DNA from: the human T2T-CHM13v2.0 reference genome, Homo sapiens
NCBI RefSeq assembly: GCF_009914755.1
Contig: NC_060935.1
Strand: one strand, 5' to 3'
DNA length: 64,000 nucleotides
Positions 63,141 through 64,000 of the stretch are shown piece after piece; the stretch's first letter is position 1, and the number at the start of each line of letters is the position of its first letter. Position numbers and translations under genes: made by a program. The notes beneath the pieces are model-generated. The model had not been told where the DNA came from and made no database searches. It was given only the letters and a program-made list of their open reading frames with translations.

Positions 63141-63789
63141 CTGTCCAGGGAACTCTACAGGGAGACCAAGTTCCTAACAAGGAGGTAATGAGAAAGCTTT
63201 AGGAGTATTGACCCTACAGCGGGAAAGAGTCAACATTCAGGAAGAAATGTAGAGTCAAATTTAAATAGGCGCTTGTAACTCTCTTTGAATTCAAAACAAT
63301 TAAGGGCAAAAGTTGAACAATAATTAATAAGAATATCTAGTTCTGTCTGAAATTTAGAGATTTTAGTTTTTAAATCTTGAAATATAGTCTTCTTCTGAGG
63401 CTACTTCAGGTGATGACTTTTAATAGAAATATTAATTTCTAATATAACAATGTAGGCTTTTTAATTATAAAATTTAAGGTTTGAGGTAGCATCTAATCTA
63501 AAAGAACTCAGAAATGTTATCACTTAGTTTATCTCAGTATTATCATCTGCTAGAGAAGAAAAGGTTTCTTTTTTAAAAAATAAAATTTCCTTAATGTATC
63601 CTTCTAAATATAATATGTAGTTATGATTAAAAACAGATGGAAATATAAGGTCTCAGAAAATATAAATTTTGTTATGCTTTTTAAAAATATTTTAATTGTT
63701 TTTATTTTAATTGTTTTTTCTTTGTTTAATTCTGTCATGTTTATTCTTCTCCATATCCCAAGTGCTCTCTAAAGAAAAAATAGCAGTAG

Positions 63790-64000
63790 TACTACCAGGA
63801 TTTCCTCCTTCCAATGTATCCTCTCTTGAGCAGTGACTCAATTTCTTGCTCGGAAATGGTGCCCCCAGCCATTGGTGGCTCAGGTTGAAAATGTGAGTCA
63901 TCTCTGATGTCCGTCTTTACCTCAGACCCCACTTCTGGGCATTGTAAAATTATTAAAAATATATCCAGAGCTTTACTATTTCTTATTACTTCTTCCCCGC
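63790..64000 (+). mobile_element. L2 remnant running off the window end
   Basis: 'aaatggtgcccccagccattggtggctcagg...gagtcatctctga...aaaatatatccaga'. Confidence 0.6.

Overview
AT-rich, CpG-poor primate (hominoid-like) genomic DNA with no CpG island and no protein-coding exon or RNA gene that I can support. It reads as intergenic or deep-intronic sequence. Content is dominated by interspersed repeats: 11 Alus (AluS/AluY), two young L1PA3-like insertions that both have twin-priming 5' inversions, a near-full-length Tigger1, MaLR/ERVL LTRs (THE1, MST, MLT1, MLT2, LTR16), hAT MITEs (MER33, MER5A, MER91A, MER94), and old L1M, L2, L3 and MIR debris. Every ORF I can assign derives from a repeat. I found no new multi-gene system. 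The most interesting signals are mechanistic scars. (1) An L1 carries a ~200-bp 3' transduction with three stacked poly(A) tracts inside a 14-bp TSD. (2) A 240-bp inverted templated copy is flanked by a 13-bp direct repeat. (3) A 104-bp patch, identical to part of the nearby young L1, bridges two unrelated older L1 fragments. (4) Two small insertions share a 'downstream direct copy + upstream inverted copy' signature. (5) The two young L1s share apparently non-consensus substitutions, suggesting a common source lineage. Subfamily names come from recalled consensus sequences and need RepeatMasker/Dfam confirmation.
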